From NCBI RefSeq assembly GCF_030028105.1, contig NC_092391.1, forward strand, positions 24,649,223 to 24,713,222: a DNA stretch of 64,000 nucleotides. The letters run 5' to 3'. The notes under the pieces were generated by a model. It did not search any database, was not told the origin of the DNA, and worked only from the letters and a program-made list of their open reading frames with translations. The stretch is from Mobula birostris (taxonomy: Eukaryota). Made by a program: the position numbers and the translations under genes. Of the stretch, positions 39,517 through 52,853 are shown in pieces. Position 1 is the first letter of the stretch, and each line of letters starts with the position of its first letter.

Positions 39517-42500
39517 CAAAGGCTCAGGGGGTGGGGGTGCAAGGGAAACAAATATGGTCAAAATGCTGCTCCCTGACTCCAAAACAGTGTGATAGAATCG
39601 GGGGGAGACTTGAGTTTGGCTGATTACCAGGGGTGTATGTGGCAGCATGGCTTTCATTGCTCGGTAGCCTTCTAGTTCCCCATGTCTGCTTCAGTTTCCT
39701 CTCCTTGGAGTCGGTTATTACATCAAATTCTCCAGCGCAGAAAAAGGACAGGCAGCCCATCAGGTCTGAGCCAGTGTTTATGCTTCACACAAGCCTCTTC
39801 CAACCTTCCTGCATCTTAGTCATTAGCTTACTCCTCTGTTAATTTCTCACTCGTGTTTGTTCACGTCACTTTGGGCTGTAGGAATTGATAGTTCCTTGAT
39901 AATGGGCATCCTTGATACTTAGTGTAAATTCTGAGAAGGCAGTCTGGTCACTTGCCTGTCATTGTGGCTTAGAAGCTAATAATTAACCTTCTCACCTTTG
40001 TTGGTACAATACAGCTTCCATACTTACGAACTGCATTAATTTCACATGGTTACACCAGTTCCACTTGGAAGTAGCTCTGATGGATAAGATGAAGTGTCAA
40101 TGCTGCTCTTCGAATGTGCTCCCACCTCCTTGAAAACTGCCGAAAAGTGAGAAAGTTTTTTGGAAAATTTATTCCATGAACTAATTAGTCACTAGAAATC
40201 TTGAACAAGTTTCTGTTATCTCATATCCTTCACCATTCATCACCTGTGTGGAATATGTCTTTTATCCTTGTTTTGCACCCCACCCCCTCTTTTCCTAGTC
40301 TATATCAAACATCTCCTTTAATCATTCTATCTGAATATTGTAGATCTGGCTTTTCTATCCTGCTAGTTGTAAGACAGAATAATATCAGGAATAAGATTAA
40401 GCTAAGCCAGAAACTTCTCAACAATTTGTCACAGTGACTCACCATCTAGATTGAAGACTTTGAGGGTGGAGGACAGTGAAAGGTAGGGGCAGCAGACATT
40501 ATAAAGTTTAGGTCCATGTAAACCATTGTGCTCCAGGTATTATTGTTAATTTTATCCCATTAATTGGAAGTTGTTGATTGGATGTTATTGGTAAGTTTTT
40601 CATCTGTCTTTAAAACCAGAACACTGAAGTGTAAGCAATTAAACCCGCAGATATGTTAACAATATTTAATTGAAAATTGATTCTGAGGGTCTGTGGCATT
40701 ACTGAATCTTTTGTGCAAGTTAGTGAGTTGGAGAAAGGGCAGGACTTGCAGAAACAAATTTTCACTGAAAATATTTTATTTAAGGAATAGCCTATGGCAA
40801 ACTATAGCTGCTTTTCTCATTAGAATAGGCTACCTTATCCAAAAAAACTGAGTGAAGGATAATTGCATATAAATTATGTGCATAACATCAAACTGTCACT
40901 TAATAGTAATGCGGGCCATTGGGTTTGTTGAATGGGAATTATCCAATCATCTGTGTCTGGAAGAGTGTTAGCACTTTATGCAGCTGTACTGGTGATCTGG
41001 CTACAATCCCATTGCTGTCTGAGGGAATTGGCCACATTCTCTGAAATGCAAAAGTACTCATTTGGCTCCAGGATGCAAAGGAATCTCTTGAGGATCTGAA
41101 AGGCACTATATTAATGCATGTTATTTTACAATGAAAACACCTCTTCTTTTTCTCTCAATTTTGTGGCAAGATGAGTGTGATCCTAACACTAATTTTAAAT
41201 GTGTTCTAAGGAAATAAAGCCTTAATCTCAGTTGAAGATTATATATTCCTAGCCAAGTAAATATTACTGACATTCAGCAATTTGAGAGTTGACTTTATGA
41301 ATATTTTAATCACTGTCAAAATAATTGGTTCTGAGAACTGTAGATAATGTTAACTTTGGTAACTGAAGCAAATATGGGGACATGACCCATCGTTTTAATA
41401 TTTTACATGTTGTCTCAGTCCTGCCAAAACTGAGATCTAATCACGGGGCTTGAATGCAATAATTCTCATAAGTGGTAAAGTTTTTGTATTCTCCTCTGCA
41501 ATTAAAATTGCTACCAGAAGAAAAAGTTATTTGCCAATCACTAAACTCACTCAAGCAAGCAAAGCCAAGTCATTTGAAACAAATGGAAAACTTCAACTTA
41601 ACCTGTGAATTCCACCAGCCAGAACCTTGCTAAAGACTGCAGAACTTGCTCCAAAAACTGAAGATTTTGCAAGTATTTCAGGTTAAGTCAAGACCTTATA
41701 TCGAGGCATCCATTGATATTCTCCTTCCAGGTGACAGTGTGAACTAGCAATTTAAGGAGTCTGTTCTGGGGTTGGGATGAGGTGGGAGGGTGGGCTGGGT
41801 GGTTCCAGTGGAGAAGGAAAGAATACTGTTTTGATGGCATCACACAGCAGCCTGTAATAAAGCTGGTAAACATATGCTATGTACTGCTTCTGGGGCAGTC
41901 GGGTTTCTTATGATAGCTGGCTTAAATACACCATTAGCATATGTGACACTTCTCACTCTGAATCATTAAGGGCTTGGAAAATAGACTCGTAGAAGCACAA
42001 TGTGAAATATCAAGATGGTCTAGATGTGAAGTTTATCTTTACATTATAGTTTTATTAAGTAATGCCTTAACTTCCTTCGCACAGCAGTCAAAGATTAATT
42101 CAGCCAAACATGTTCTTTCCGAGTTTGTTAACCAGTTGTGTAATGACTTCAGCATCCACCAAACTCTTGAATTACAAAGTGTTTTTTGTTGGTTATTAGA
42201 ATGAGATTTTTTTGTGTTATAATTGTAGAACTGCACTGCCTTGAAATCTGGAGAAGGAAGGCTAAATGTAAGTCATCAGAGTCAGACTGCATGTGGATCT
42301 TAGAAGTTGCTACTTTATTTTAATTCTACTTATTGATCTGAAAAGACTTGAAAGAAATTGAATACTTGTATATTTTCTATGCTGAGGTCTAGCTTCGTTG
42401 CTAAAGCTCATGTAAAAACAGTTCAGAACTGTTCTCTTGTGATTCCCTCATCACAGTGATAATCACTGAAGATATAATAGTCTCTGAAATAACATGTCAG

Positions 42501-45500
42501 GATCTCCTGATTCCACTGAGAAAGGTTGGATTTCCAAAGCTGCACTATTTTCATTCTGTATGTTATAGCAGTATTTGTTTTGTAAAAAGAGAATTCAGTT
42601 TCCAAATATGATGCAACAGGTAAGAAGGCACAACTTGGCAAGTTTAGAGTCTGTTACTTCATTTTCCCAACCAGTACCATAAATGCCCTTCAGTAAAGCT
42701 GTTCACTATTGTGTTGGTAGCTCCCTCCCTGGCATCTGAATTGGAGATTTGTTTATAAAACATTCCTGTAAACTGATATAAGGCTCTCCAGATCTTTGAC
42801 AGCTTCTGGGGCATGGATTTGCATGAAAACCAGTAATCTTTTTGTAAATTTTTGCCAGATTACAAAAAGACATTGTGAATGCAGCTTGTTTGTAATTGGC
42901 AAACAAGGGTTATTACGTGGAAGCAGATTATTTGAGCCAACCTGTCCACATTGACATTGTCCCTGTGATCTTACCTGGATTTGGACTATAAGGGACAAGC
43001 CCATTTGTCCATTCATTTTGGATTTGGCTAATCTGTACTTCAACATCTTTTACCATCTTTGTTCCATATTCCTTCATATTCTCAAACAACAAAAATCTAT
43101 TGATCTGAGTTTTGAAAGTTGCAGTTACCTTTCTCCCCCTAGCACCTGCAACCTTTTGTGAGGATGAGGCAATGATTTTCCTCTATCCTTTACATGAGAA
43201 GATACTTCCAGTTTCACTCATTGCTCGCCTATCTAATATTCTGGATCGGCACCAGTTGCTCTTATCAATCTCTTATCATTTTAAACACCTTTTAGCTTTC
43301 ACTTTTTGAACTTGAGAGAATAAATTTTGTGAACCCTGTCCTGACATTTAATCTCATAAAACATAATATATTTGTCAAAACCTGAGAAATTTGGGTGAAT
43401 AGAATTTTTCTAAGGCTAATCCCTGAGATACGGTGCCCAAAACTGCACGTTTTTGTACAGTATTCTTGAGGAATGAGGCTAGTTGAAAAGTGTCAGACAT
43501 GTTATGTCTGTCTCGAAGTTTTGTGCTCATTTCTTTGATGTCTGAAATCATCTCGTGTCAAGACAGTAATAGCAGACCAACTGCAACCTTTGTGTTCTTG
43601 TTGGTGCGCATCAGATTTTAACAACTCTGCGCTGTACGACTGAGTATTAGTTTTTAAAACAGTTTATCAATTGTTACCAATCAATCAGCACCAGTAAGAT
43701 ATTTGAACAAGTGGGTAGAATATATTGTTTTTTCTGCATATGCCTTCAACTTAAATATTTTGGTGATCCAGAGGGAAGTACTTTGTTTCCTAAACAGTGA
43801 AGTTGATTTGCATACAGAACTGGCCCAAGTCGTTTTATTCTGCAGAACTGGTTTTATAACTTCCAGCCACACTGGTACATTTCATCATATTTGCGTAACT
43901 TTATTTCCTCCTGTTCATCTAGTTTTTCTTAATCCTGTCATCTTTCTGTATCATCACAATCAACTCATGTCAAATGCTCAAGGAAAACCATCATGTTCTG
44001 ACCACTGTCCCTGGAGTCTGGGTTTCCCAGTGTTTTGGGACCAAACGTGTAAACTCACACATCTTCCCTTCACAATGTTTTTGGACCTGTTATGTGCAGT
44101 GGTGGTGAGATAGGTGTTTTAAAACAATATGACTAGTGTGTGATTCATACCAGTATTTCTCCCAGATGTTAAGTATTACCTTTATGACATACAGAACAAT
44201 CAATTGCCTATTGAGTGTTAACCAAAGAAGGATATTTTTCTTTCAGTATGCTGAGGTAGAAAATTAAGATTCCTATCTGAAAAGTCTTTAATTGGCAGGT
44301 TGCTTGTTGCTTCACTGGAGGTTAGTGAAGTTGCACTGTTGATTCTGAGCAGAGATTTATGTGACATCATGTACAATTTATCTGTAGTAAACACTAGATT
44401 CAGCCAGTGCAATCAGATGAGACAAGCCAATTGCACTTAGGAACTTTTACCAAAATCACAGTATGACAGAAAAATGGGACAAATTTGGTTCTTTCATTAA
44501 GAGCTTGGCTGCGAGGCTGATAATGAGGTTAATTAGCCCCTCCACTTTCAGAAAGAATCAAAGGAACAGACTAAGAACTCAACCACTTTTTATTGTGTCC
44601 TCCCTGTATTCTGGTTATAAAATGTCGGTCGGTTTGCGACATTTCAGTAACTGAAGAGAGCTCCTCTGAGCCTGCTCTCAGTTACTAGAGCAGGACTTGT
44701 CTACACTAGGTCCTGATGAGTTCCAATCGTCTGCAGGTGATCAAAATCCAGATTTAAAACTGAAGTTATGTTCGTCCATCGTCAGTGTCGATGAGGACCT
44801 CGTCACCATTATGATGGTGTTGAGACAAGCGTGTGATTTGGATTTAAGTGAGGGAGAGTTGGGCAGCATCAGCCTCACTCTTCCCAATTCCCATCTGGAT
44901 CCAGTGGCAAGACAGAGTTGAGACGGCTGGAGATGGGACTAGGCGCAGTGGATGGCCAAGATGTCTTCTGTGTCTTGTCCTGCTCTACAAGTTCCACGAC
45001 ACTTGCAGAGACTGCCTTCTTGACCGTTGGACCTTCCATTGGTCTCGTCCACTCAATCCGCCAGAGTCTGTCGTCACATGCTGGGATAGACAGACTGAAA
45101 ACTGAAGTAGTGAGTGAGCCAAGCACAATGTGGTTAATTAATGGAGACTGGCTTAAGAACTACCACTTAAATCATTGGATGTGAATGTAAAAGTACTTGA
45201 CAGGCTGACATACATTGTGCCACAGCAGTGTCTAAGGATCTTAGGAATTACTCTCTTTGTACTTTATTAAATCAGTTGACTCAATTGCAGTTTACTTTGA
45301 GTGATATCAAATTGTTGGTCTAGAAAAGGCAGTGAAAGAAATTTATTCCATTCGCTGGTTGACATATATTTAACACATACCTCCATCCCACTTTTGGCTG
45401 TTGTACATTAAACAGGTCATCTCTGCTTTCAGGAAACCATCCATATAATTTTATTAATTTCTCATTGTGTTCAAAGTTATCCCACGTTAAAGAAAAACTC

Positions 45501-47230
45501 TGAAAACTAATTCCACAGTTTTCTGCCCCAGCGATTTAACTGTGTAGAATTTACTGTAATAGCATTGTGAAAAAAAGGTGGCTAGCATTATTGCAAAATA
45601 CTGCACGATATTTTTTTTAAATTAAAGCACTTGAAGTGAAATTAAGATGTTCTTTTTCTTTGGTTAGGGAGTTGGGGCTGTGATTTGGAACAATTTCTGG
45701 CTTCACAGCCTGGAGAATACTGCAGGTTAGAGCAAGATTAGTTTTACTGGGAGCTGTTGAATGAGGTTGGAACTTATTTCTAGCCTGAAAATGTGGAAGA
45801 GATCAATATCCTTTAGTCAAAATCGGCTTTTAAAAAATAAAGCATATTGACTTTTAATGATTAATCCAGCACAGCTACTGAGTTCTTCCAGCAGTTTTAG
45901 CTTTTGAGGTCATGGCCGTGAATTACCCTTTGCACCCAATTTGTGTGCTCCGACCAATGTATATTGGGTGTGTACATTGAGCACGTTAGGGTGGCCCTTT
46001 ATTTATTTATTTATTTGTCTCAGGTTTTACATTCAGTTTTTATTTTCCCCTTTCCTCTCCTTCCCATTATTGCTCACTTGCACATTTTGGTCTAACGAGC
46101 TGTAGGCTCTCTCAGACTATAAATGCGATGTACCTGGTGACTGATGTTTTAGATGCAAGTATCCCCCAAGAATACCATGCCTTATTTACAAATATTTTGA
46201 GAATTGGTATCCTTTGACCAACGTAGGCACATCAAAGTGTTTGAACCTCCTCAATCTGGGATTCCTCAATCCAGAAAGAACTTGCTGAGTAGTTTTGAAA
46301 TGATTACAATGTGATGTTTTTTATGAGTACTGCAGAACATCTGATGGGTGCGGGCTTTAACCTCAGTGAAGAGGTGGTGCTTGGCTGTATCACTCTCACA
46401 ACAGGGTGCTGCGTTGTGGCTACACTACCTCTTCAAAAGGTTAGTCCTAAGTTACTCACCCTTCCTGACCCATTGGCATGTTTTTGCTCTGTAAAGTGCT
46501 TCTGCTACCCTTCACACTTCAAGCTTGGAAGTTATTGATCCATTTCTAGAAACAAACATGTCCAATATCAAGTTCAACAAACTTGATTCTGCCTGTGCTC
46601 AGCATGATCAAAGTTCTGTCAATTCTCAAACTGTTCCTTGACATGAAGTAGAATGTGGAGTTTTTACTGTTTGACTATCCTGCACACCTCTAGGGCCTTT
46701 TTAAAGCAAAGAAAGGTAGCATTGACTCGATCTTGAGCTTGTATTGCTTATCACCAAGCTCCTGGGCCAGCAGACACTCGACAATATTGTGGGACAGATA
46801 TTTCCTCCGAAGCCTGCTTAGAACACTCTTGGCAAATAAACCCCACAAAATAAAACCTTTCTGCAATCTGTGTGTATGGTATCATTGTTAATTTCATTGG
46901 ATCAATGTTAGTTTTAATCATTTTTAGTATTAGTATCATGTTCTGACCTCGTATCACCCTCGGCATTACTGACTGCTGTGAGTTGGAAATGAAAAATAGC
47001 ACGCAAGTTGCCTTTTGTTAAGAACAGATCTATTCTTTTTGCCAAGGTACTGTTTTATTTTATTTGGACAACATATTGTGCCACTATTACCTTTGATATT
47101 TCTTGATATTACCAGCAATGTGTAGGGTGATTAATGTATTCCTTTTACGTGTGTCTTTTTGTATCTGTAACATCTATGGTGCAATTTTAATTTTTTTCTG
47201 GTCAAATACAGTTTGTGTTTATGTACGTGA
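39517..47230 (+). other. ABL1: Candidate long ABL1 3'UTR (3' end uncertain)
   Basis: Follows the stop codon; few recognisable young repeats compared with the introns; AATAAA at about 41213, 41855, 45836, 46835 and 46849, AATACA at 47205 in U/GU-rich context. Confidence 0.4.
44770..45092 (-). mobile_element. RTE-related non-autonomous element within the candidate 3'UTR
   Basis: gttcgtcc...gaggacc...ttggatttaagtgagggagag...tcagcctcactc...tccagtggcaagac...ccgttgga...cacatgctgggatagac; from memory this resembles marsupial RTE-derived short elements. Confidence 0.55.
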
Positions 47231-48445
47231 TGATTGATGCCTTTTTCTTAAGCACTCAAGTGTTCCATCACTCCAGCTATGCCATTGCACAATGACCGTC
47301 CGGTTCTTCCGTTAAATAAGAGAGATCAGCCAGAACTCAATGAGTGGCTCGCCTTAGAGCCCAAAAGCCGATTGTTCTAGTGTCACTTCACAGAGCAGAT
47401 AATGCAAGATCTGATCAGGTTTGGTTCTGAGGGGATTACTATGCATCCTTTCTGATGAGATGTAAAACCAAGGTCCCGTCTCGTGTGAATGTAACTAACA
47501 GTTGCATTAACTATTTTGAAGAGGTGCCAACGGGCTTCTTCCTTATATATTGCCCAATATAATTTCAACCATTAGATAAACTGAGCATTAATTGCTTTGT
47601 AAACTCTTGCTGAGTGCAAGTTTCCTATGTTTTTATTGACTGGAATGCACTTTTAGATGTCCTGAGAGGATCCCATAGAAATCGAAATCATCCTCTCAAT
47701 TCCCCTACAATTATTGAGTCGAACTAAAATGATGTTTTGTGTTGAAGCTTATTGACCATTACTGTAATAGCAGAAAGAGCAGCTAATTCTGGATCTCTGC
47801 TGCAATCAGTAAATCAGTCGAAGCAATTAAAGCATGTTTAGGTTTGAGTTGCTGTCTAATAAAATAGAGGCATGGCCCAGTTTTTATGGGGCTAGATGGC
47901 AGGAACTCGGGGGGGGGGGGGATATGACGATAGAGGATAAATGCACACTGCATTAACTGGAGTTTGGAAGGTTTACTGTTAGAATTATTTGACAGGAAGA
48001 ATAGAATTCCAATGAGGAGGGAATCGGGAATGAAGGGACATTAATGTTGGGTCACCCATTGTGAAGTTCATTTTACGTTGTGTTGTGACAAAAATGAATT
48101 ACTTTCCACAAAAGAGGTGCTTGAGATTAATTGAAGTTTCAAAGTTTGAAATTTGCCAGAGTTTTGTTGAACAAGGAATATAGGGGAGAAAGTACATGAA
48201 TGGAAATTTGGATTGGCCCACCTCTGACTAAAAGGGAGACCTGACATGAGGGATGTATGCTCTCCTGTTTACATAGTTTTCATCTATGTTGATCCTCTCC
48301 CAAGATTGCATGAGTGCAATGCTATATAATATGGAACAGCTGTCTGGTCCAGTATCTTCCAAGATCCTATGTCACAATTAAAACAGGGATTTCAAGAGTC
48401 ATTGTTTTGGTGTTCATTTAAAAATTACTACCCATTCATCCAAAA

Positions 48446-48755
48446 GTGTGACACAGTAATGTAGCAGTTAGTGCTACTGCCATACATCTTAAGGTTAGAT
48501 CTTGACCCCAGATTATCTCTGTGGAGTTTGGGCATTCTGCCATGTCTACATGGGTTTCTCCAGGGTGCTCTTGATTTCCAATGTGTAAAGGTAGGTTTAT
48601 TACCGTAAATTGCCCCATAGTGTCGGCAAAAGAATCGATCTTTGATGGCCGTGTGAGTGAAAATAAATTGGACTAGCAAATAAGGGGAAAGGGATTGAGG
48701 TTTCTCTGATGGAAGCTGGCAGGGACTCAATGGGTCGAAAGAGTATTTCCATATT
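48446..48755 (+). mobile_element. V-SINE (HE1-like) relic
   Basis: tRNA-like head, V-domain tgtggagttt...catgggtttctccagggtgctc, taaattgcccc, CR1-like tail gactcaatgggtcgaa. Confidence 0.65.
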
Positions 48756-51700
48756 CACCAAATCTTGCAGTAGTTCACTGTGCAGGAAGTACCTTGAAGA
48801 ACCATGAGACACCCACAACAGACAATAAAGATTTGCGTAAATGTTTCATCTGAAATTACCTACCTTCAGTAGCTAGAATTAAAACTCAATTTGTCCAAAG
48901 AGACTGTTTCTCTCTATTTCGATGTATGCTGTCATTGGGCACTAAAAGCATATGTTCCTCATGTCCAGGTTATATTCCTCTATTTATATTTCAGTTCTAT
49001 CCCTTTAGGAATAAACTCTGGAATTCTTTGGTTATTTAAAGTATAGATACCTCTTCATATTAATGTACTACTTGAATTCAAGTGTAAAAATTCACGTGCC
49101 AATTATGTTCTTTGCACAGCAAGACTATTATTTTTAATTATTGCTTACTTACACAAATTGGGGGAAATGAAAATCTTGTTTTACAGATTATTTAAAAGAC
49201 AAATTGATTGAATGCAATGCCCAAGCAGTGTTACTCAGTGCCCATAAACAAAGTAAATTTTCAAATAGCCACTTCAGATGAATACTTTAAGATAATAGAA
49301 TTACTTTAAACTTACCTTCTGCATTATGCACAAGAGCAAAGCAACTTTAGAAATTAATCACATGTGGACTAAGATATATAAACATGCATTCTTCCTAAAG
49401 TAGAAATCCCACCCATCTCTTTTGTGAATGGAGAATTCTTTGCATTTCTGAATACTGCTAAGTAAGGACAATGCAAGCTTCATCCCAGGGAGATCCCTTC
49501 CAATCTGTTCATCATCTCAGAAGTTCAACTCTTGAAATATCTTAGCTGGTCACTGAAAGACTCAAAGTTTTTAGAAAATAACCAGCTGTAAAACTTGTGG
49601 GGAGAAAAATATTTTATAGAAACTTTCTATTCCTTGTTTTAAAGCCTGTTGATAAAGGTTGATAAATTAATTCATGTTGAATTAATATCAGGTCAAAATT
49701 CACCTGTAGTTAAATTTTTTACACTATAGAATTGTTATAGAATATCAAAGCCATAGGAAGCAAATGGGATTTATCAAAATCATACCATGGGTGATAGATT
49801 TAAATTATACAGAAATATTTAAGAAGCTAGTTCTTCGAGCAAATAATGTTAGGAGGAGGGGGGATTTAATGCTATTCCAAATTATGAAATGTTTGAATGA
49901 TTAGGGAGAAATAGTTTCCCGGATGGAGAAGGGAGACTTATTTAAGGAGCCAAAGTGGAAAGAGGGCTTTTTGAAGAGTTGTTATGAATTCTATAATGCT
50001 CTGTCAGAAAATGTGGAAGAAAACTTGTAACTTACAAAAAAAGGAATTGAATAAGTACTTGCGTACAAAAAGAAAAGGAGGCTGAGTGAAATAGTCTGAA
50101 GATTTTCCACAAAGCACTCAAAATAATACAGCCCAAAGGTCGCCTCCTGTGCTCTAATCTTCTGTAATTACTATTTGAGTTAAAGGAACCTTTCAAAGTT
50201 TCTGCTAGATAAAAATATTTCACTGCTCCCTGCTCAGTACCGTTAGTTACAAGAAAGTGTTTCTTGGTCACCCGTGCAATGCTTCACTTGCAATCTATTA
50301 GATCTTTGTATCATCTAATTCGGATTCTTGCCAAAAATGGAATAACTACAAACTGAGCTGCTGATTGTTGTAGAATTTCCCACTTGCCTGATGTCCCTGA
50401 AGTGACAGTTTAATCAGTCATGTTGAGCTTGGTTTTCCTATTAAGGGACTATTCAGGATTCCAAGAAATACCGATTGCTTTGAATCATGGTACCACTAGG
50501 ATATCTTTAGCTTCATTCTTCTGTTGTTGGACAAATTCATAAACCCCAACAAGCAGCTTTTTTTTTCAAAAGTCAATTGACCAATTCTCAACAGGAGGCC
50601 TGAGATGAAAATCGACTACTGGTACTAGGGGAGAGCTATACAATCAGAAGCACTATCTTCTAGATTGAATTTTAAATCAAAGCTCTGTCTGTCCCCTCGG
50701 CTGGATGCAGGGGAAAGAGGGGAGAGGATGACAGACTGGAGCAAGATATTCCACCGTATTCTCCCCACCCCCCAAACTTCACCAAAACAAGGATAACATA
50801 ACAAGGATGCGCTTATTGTGCCTCTATAAAAACAGTCACATTTAAATTCCTCTAAGGCCCTGTGTAAGTGTGAAAGACCCGTATCACAACTTGTAGAGCT
50901 TGGAAATACTTGTTTTGTACATCCGAATAAAGTACGTATTTAACTGCACAATGCTTTTTAAATATTATACCTGATGTAAACAAAATACGACATAAGCTGA
51001 AAATACTCAGCAGGTCAGACTGCAAATTACATCAGCATGTACTTAGTTAACATTAAGTCACAAATTGTCTAAAATTTCTTTTTTTTAATACTTTGAAGGC
51101 CATAGTCTGGATTTAATTAAAGCAGAGTCTTTGTATGTATTAGAAAAGAAAGCCTAAAAGCACTTCAGGAAGAGAAAATCCTAGAACTGCACATCACTGA
51201 CACACAGCAAAAATCTTCACCCAGGGTTGAAATGAATTCAGTTTACTTAATATTTGGACTTTCTAACTCCATATTCACACTCTGATATATTGTTCTAAAA
51301 TTCTATATTCTTTAACTTTCTTCGGGTTTTCATTTTAGCTAAATACTTTGAAATAGGGCTTTAGGTCATGAATGTTTCATTTACTATTACAGTTGAACTT
51401 GTTCATATGAAAATTAAGAAAGGTGTACACAAACAGATCATGTTTGCCTATTTAAAATAAACCTGCTTAACGAGAACAGATGGGGCATCGTTAGCAAAGG
51501 AGTGTGTATTTACTGAGCTGCTTCAAGGGAGGTGTAACACTCAAATATGCATTAAGCCACAATGGAGATTTTTGGCCAAATGATTAAAAACTAGGCTAGG
51601 AATAAACATTGGATAATGAAAATCTTGTGCTAGCACCAATTTTACTTAGTAATTCTTACCTTTTGATTACATAATCACTGCATTACACAAATTAATGCAC

Positions 51701-51899
51701 GAGGTATTATTCTGCTGCTAAAGTGAAGTTCCATTTGAAATTACGTCTTTAAACCAAGAAGGAAAAAGCAAAAAATAAAATGCAGATGCTGTAAGTCTGG
51801 AATAAAAATAAAACTGTGGAAACACTCAGCATGTTTTCCAGCAGCTGTAGCTTTTTTGTTTTCCATTTTTCCAGTGTCTTCATTTCATTTTTGTCTTTC

Positions 51900-52250
51900 A
51901 GTCCTTTAATGGGACTCGGCTACCACATCTTTATGTCATTCCCTCCTCGCTCTGCTCTTTCAGCACTCCAAGTGGACTGTTCCCACTCTTCGTGCGGCCC
52001 GCACTTCCATCTCCATCAGTCGTTCTCTTCTTTTAGCACCTCCTCATGCAGCTGCAGAAGATGCAACACCTTTATCCTTTCGCCCCTTCCCTTCCCACCA
52101 TTCAGGTGAAGCAGCAGTTCACCTGCATTTCCAAATGTGGTGGATTGCATCTGGGGCTCACAGTATGGTCTCCTCCATAATGGAGAAATCAAATACAGAT
52201 TGGATAACTATGTTGCTGAACACTTCCATTCAGTCCCTTGGGATGATCCT
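51900..52250 (+). mobile_element. Decayed Penelope GIY-YIG fragment
   Basis: Colinear with 20700-21030 (ttcaggtgaagcagcagttcacctgc...ggagaaatcaaatacagattgg...gctgaacac). Confidence 0.6.
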
Positions 52251-52815
52251 CCGCTGGCATACGTTGATGTTAATGTATTAGAGCTTTTGCAAACATTTAG
52301 ATATGCACCCTGAGCCAGAGGGGATATAGCCCAGGTTGTTACAGGAAGCAAAGAACAAAATTGCTGCGCCTTTGGCGATTAATTTAGAAATTATAAATTA
52401 CATGAAACTTACCTATGCCTCTCACCCGACACTTATGTTGAAATTTGTTCAGGGTCATTGATCCAATTTAAATCAGACTACATTTATTTCACTTGCCCAC
52501 AATAGAGTTTTGGATTGCCAATCTGGCAAAAAAAAAGTTGTATGCTATCGTTTTAGGCCACATTCCACAGCTCTGGACTCAAAATGCTTGTTTCTCTCCT
52601 CACCAGTAGTTTCGTTTGACACGGTGGTTAAATCACTCCCCCAAAATACCAAGAAATGCAACCCTTATTATAATCTCATTGGACTTTAAAGTTTTGGAGA
52701 GTAGCATCATTCTGATAAATCCAAGTCGTGCTCTCTCCATAATCGCAATTTGCTAGGATGCAATGTGCCCAAAGTTTCACGATACTCCAGCTTTGGCTTC
52801 TTCCCCGTTTCTTGC

Positions 52816-52853
52816 CAGTCCTGATGAAGGGTCTCAGCCCGAAACGTCAACTG
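52816..52853 (+). ncRNA. Minimal type I hammerhead ribozyme motif in a Penelope-derived terminal repeat (repeat spans about 52790-52915)
   Basis: CAGUC-CUGAUGA-A-GGGU(CUCA)GCCC-GAAAC-GUC^AACUG: intact core boxes, helix II, palindromic ACGU helix III, helix I with 4 of 5 pairs. Confidence 0.65.

Noticed and set aside
43878-44646. Two CATTTCA miR-203 seed matches (human ABL1 is a reported target)
   Set aside because: 7-mers like this are expected by chance in several kb of AT-rich sequence; conservation cannot be assessed here.
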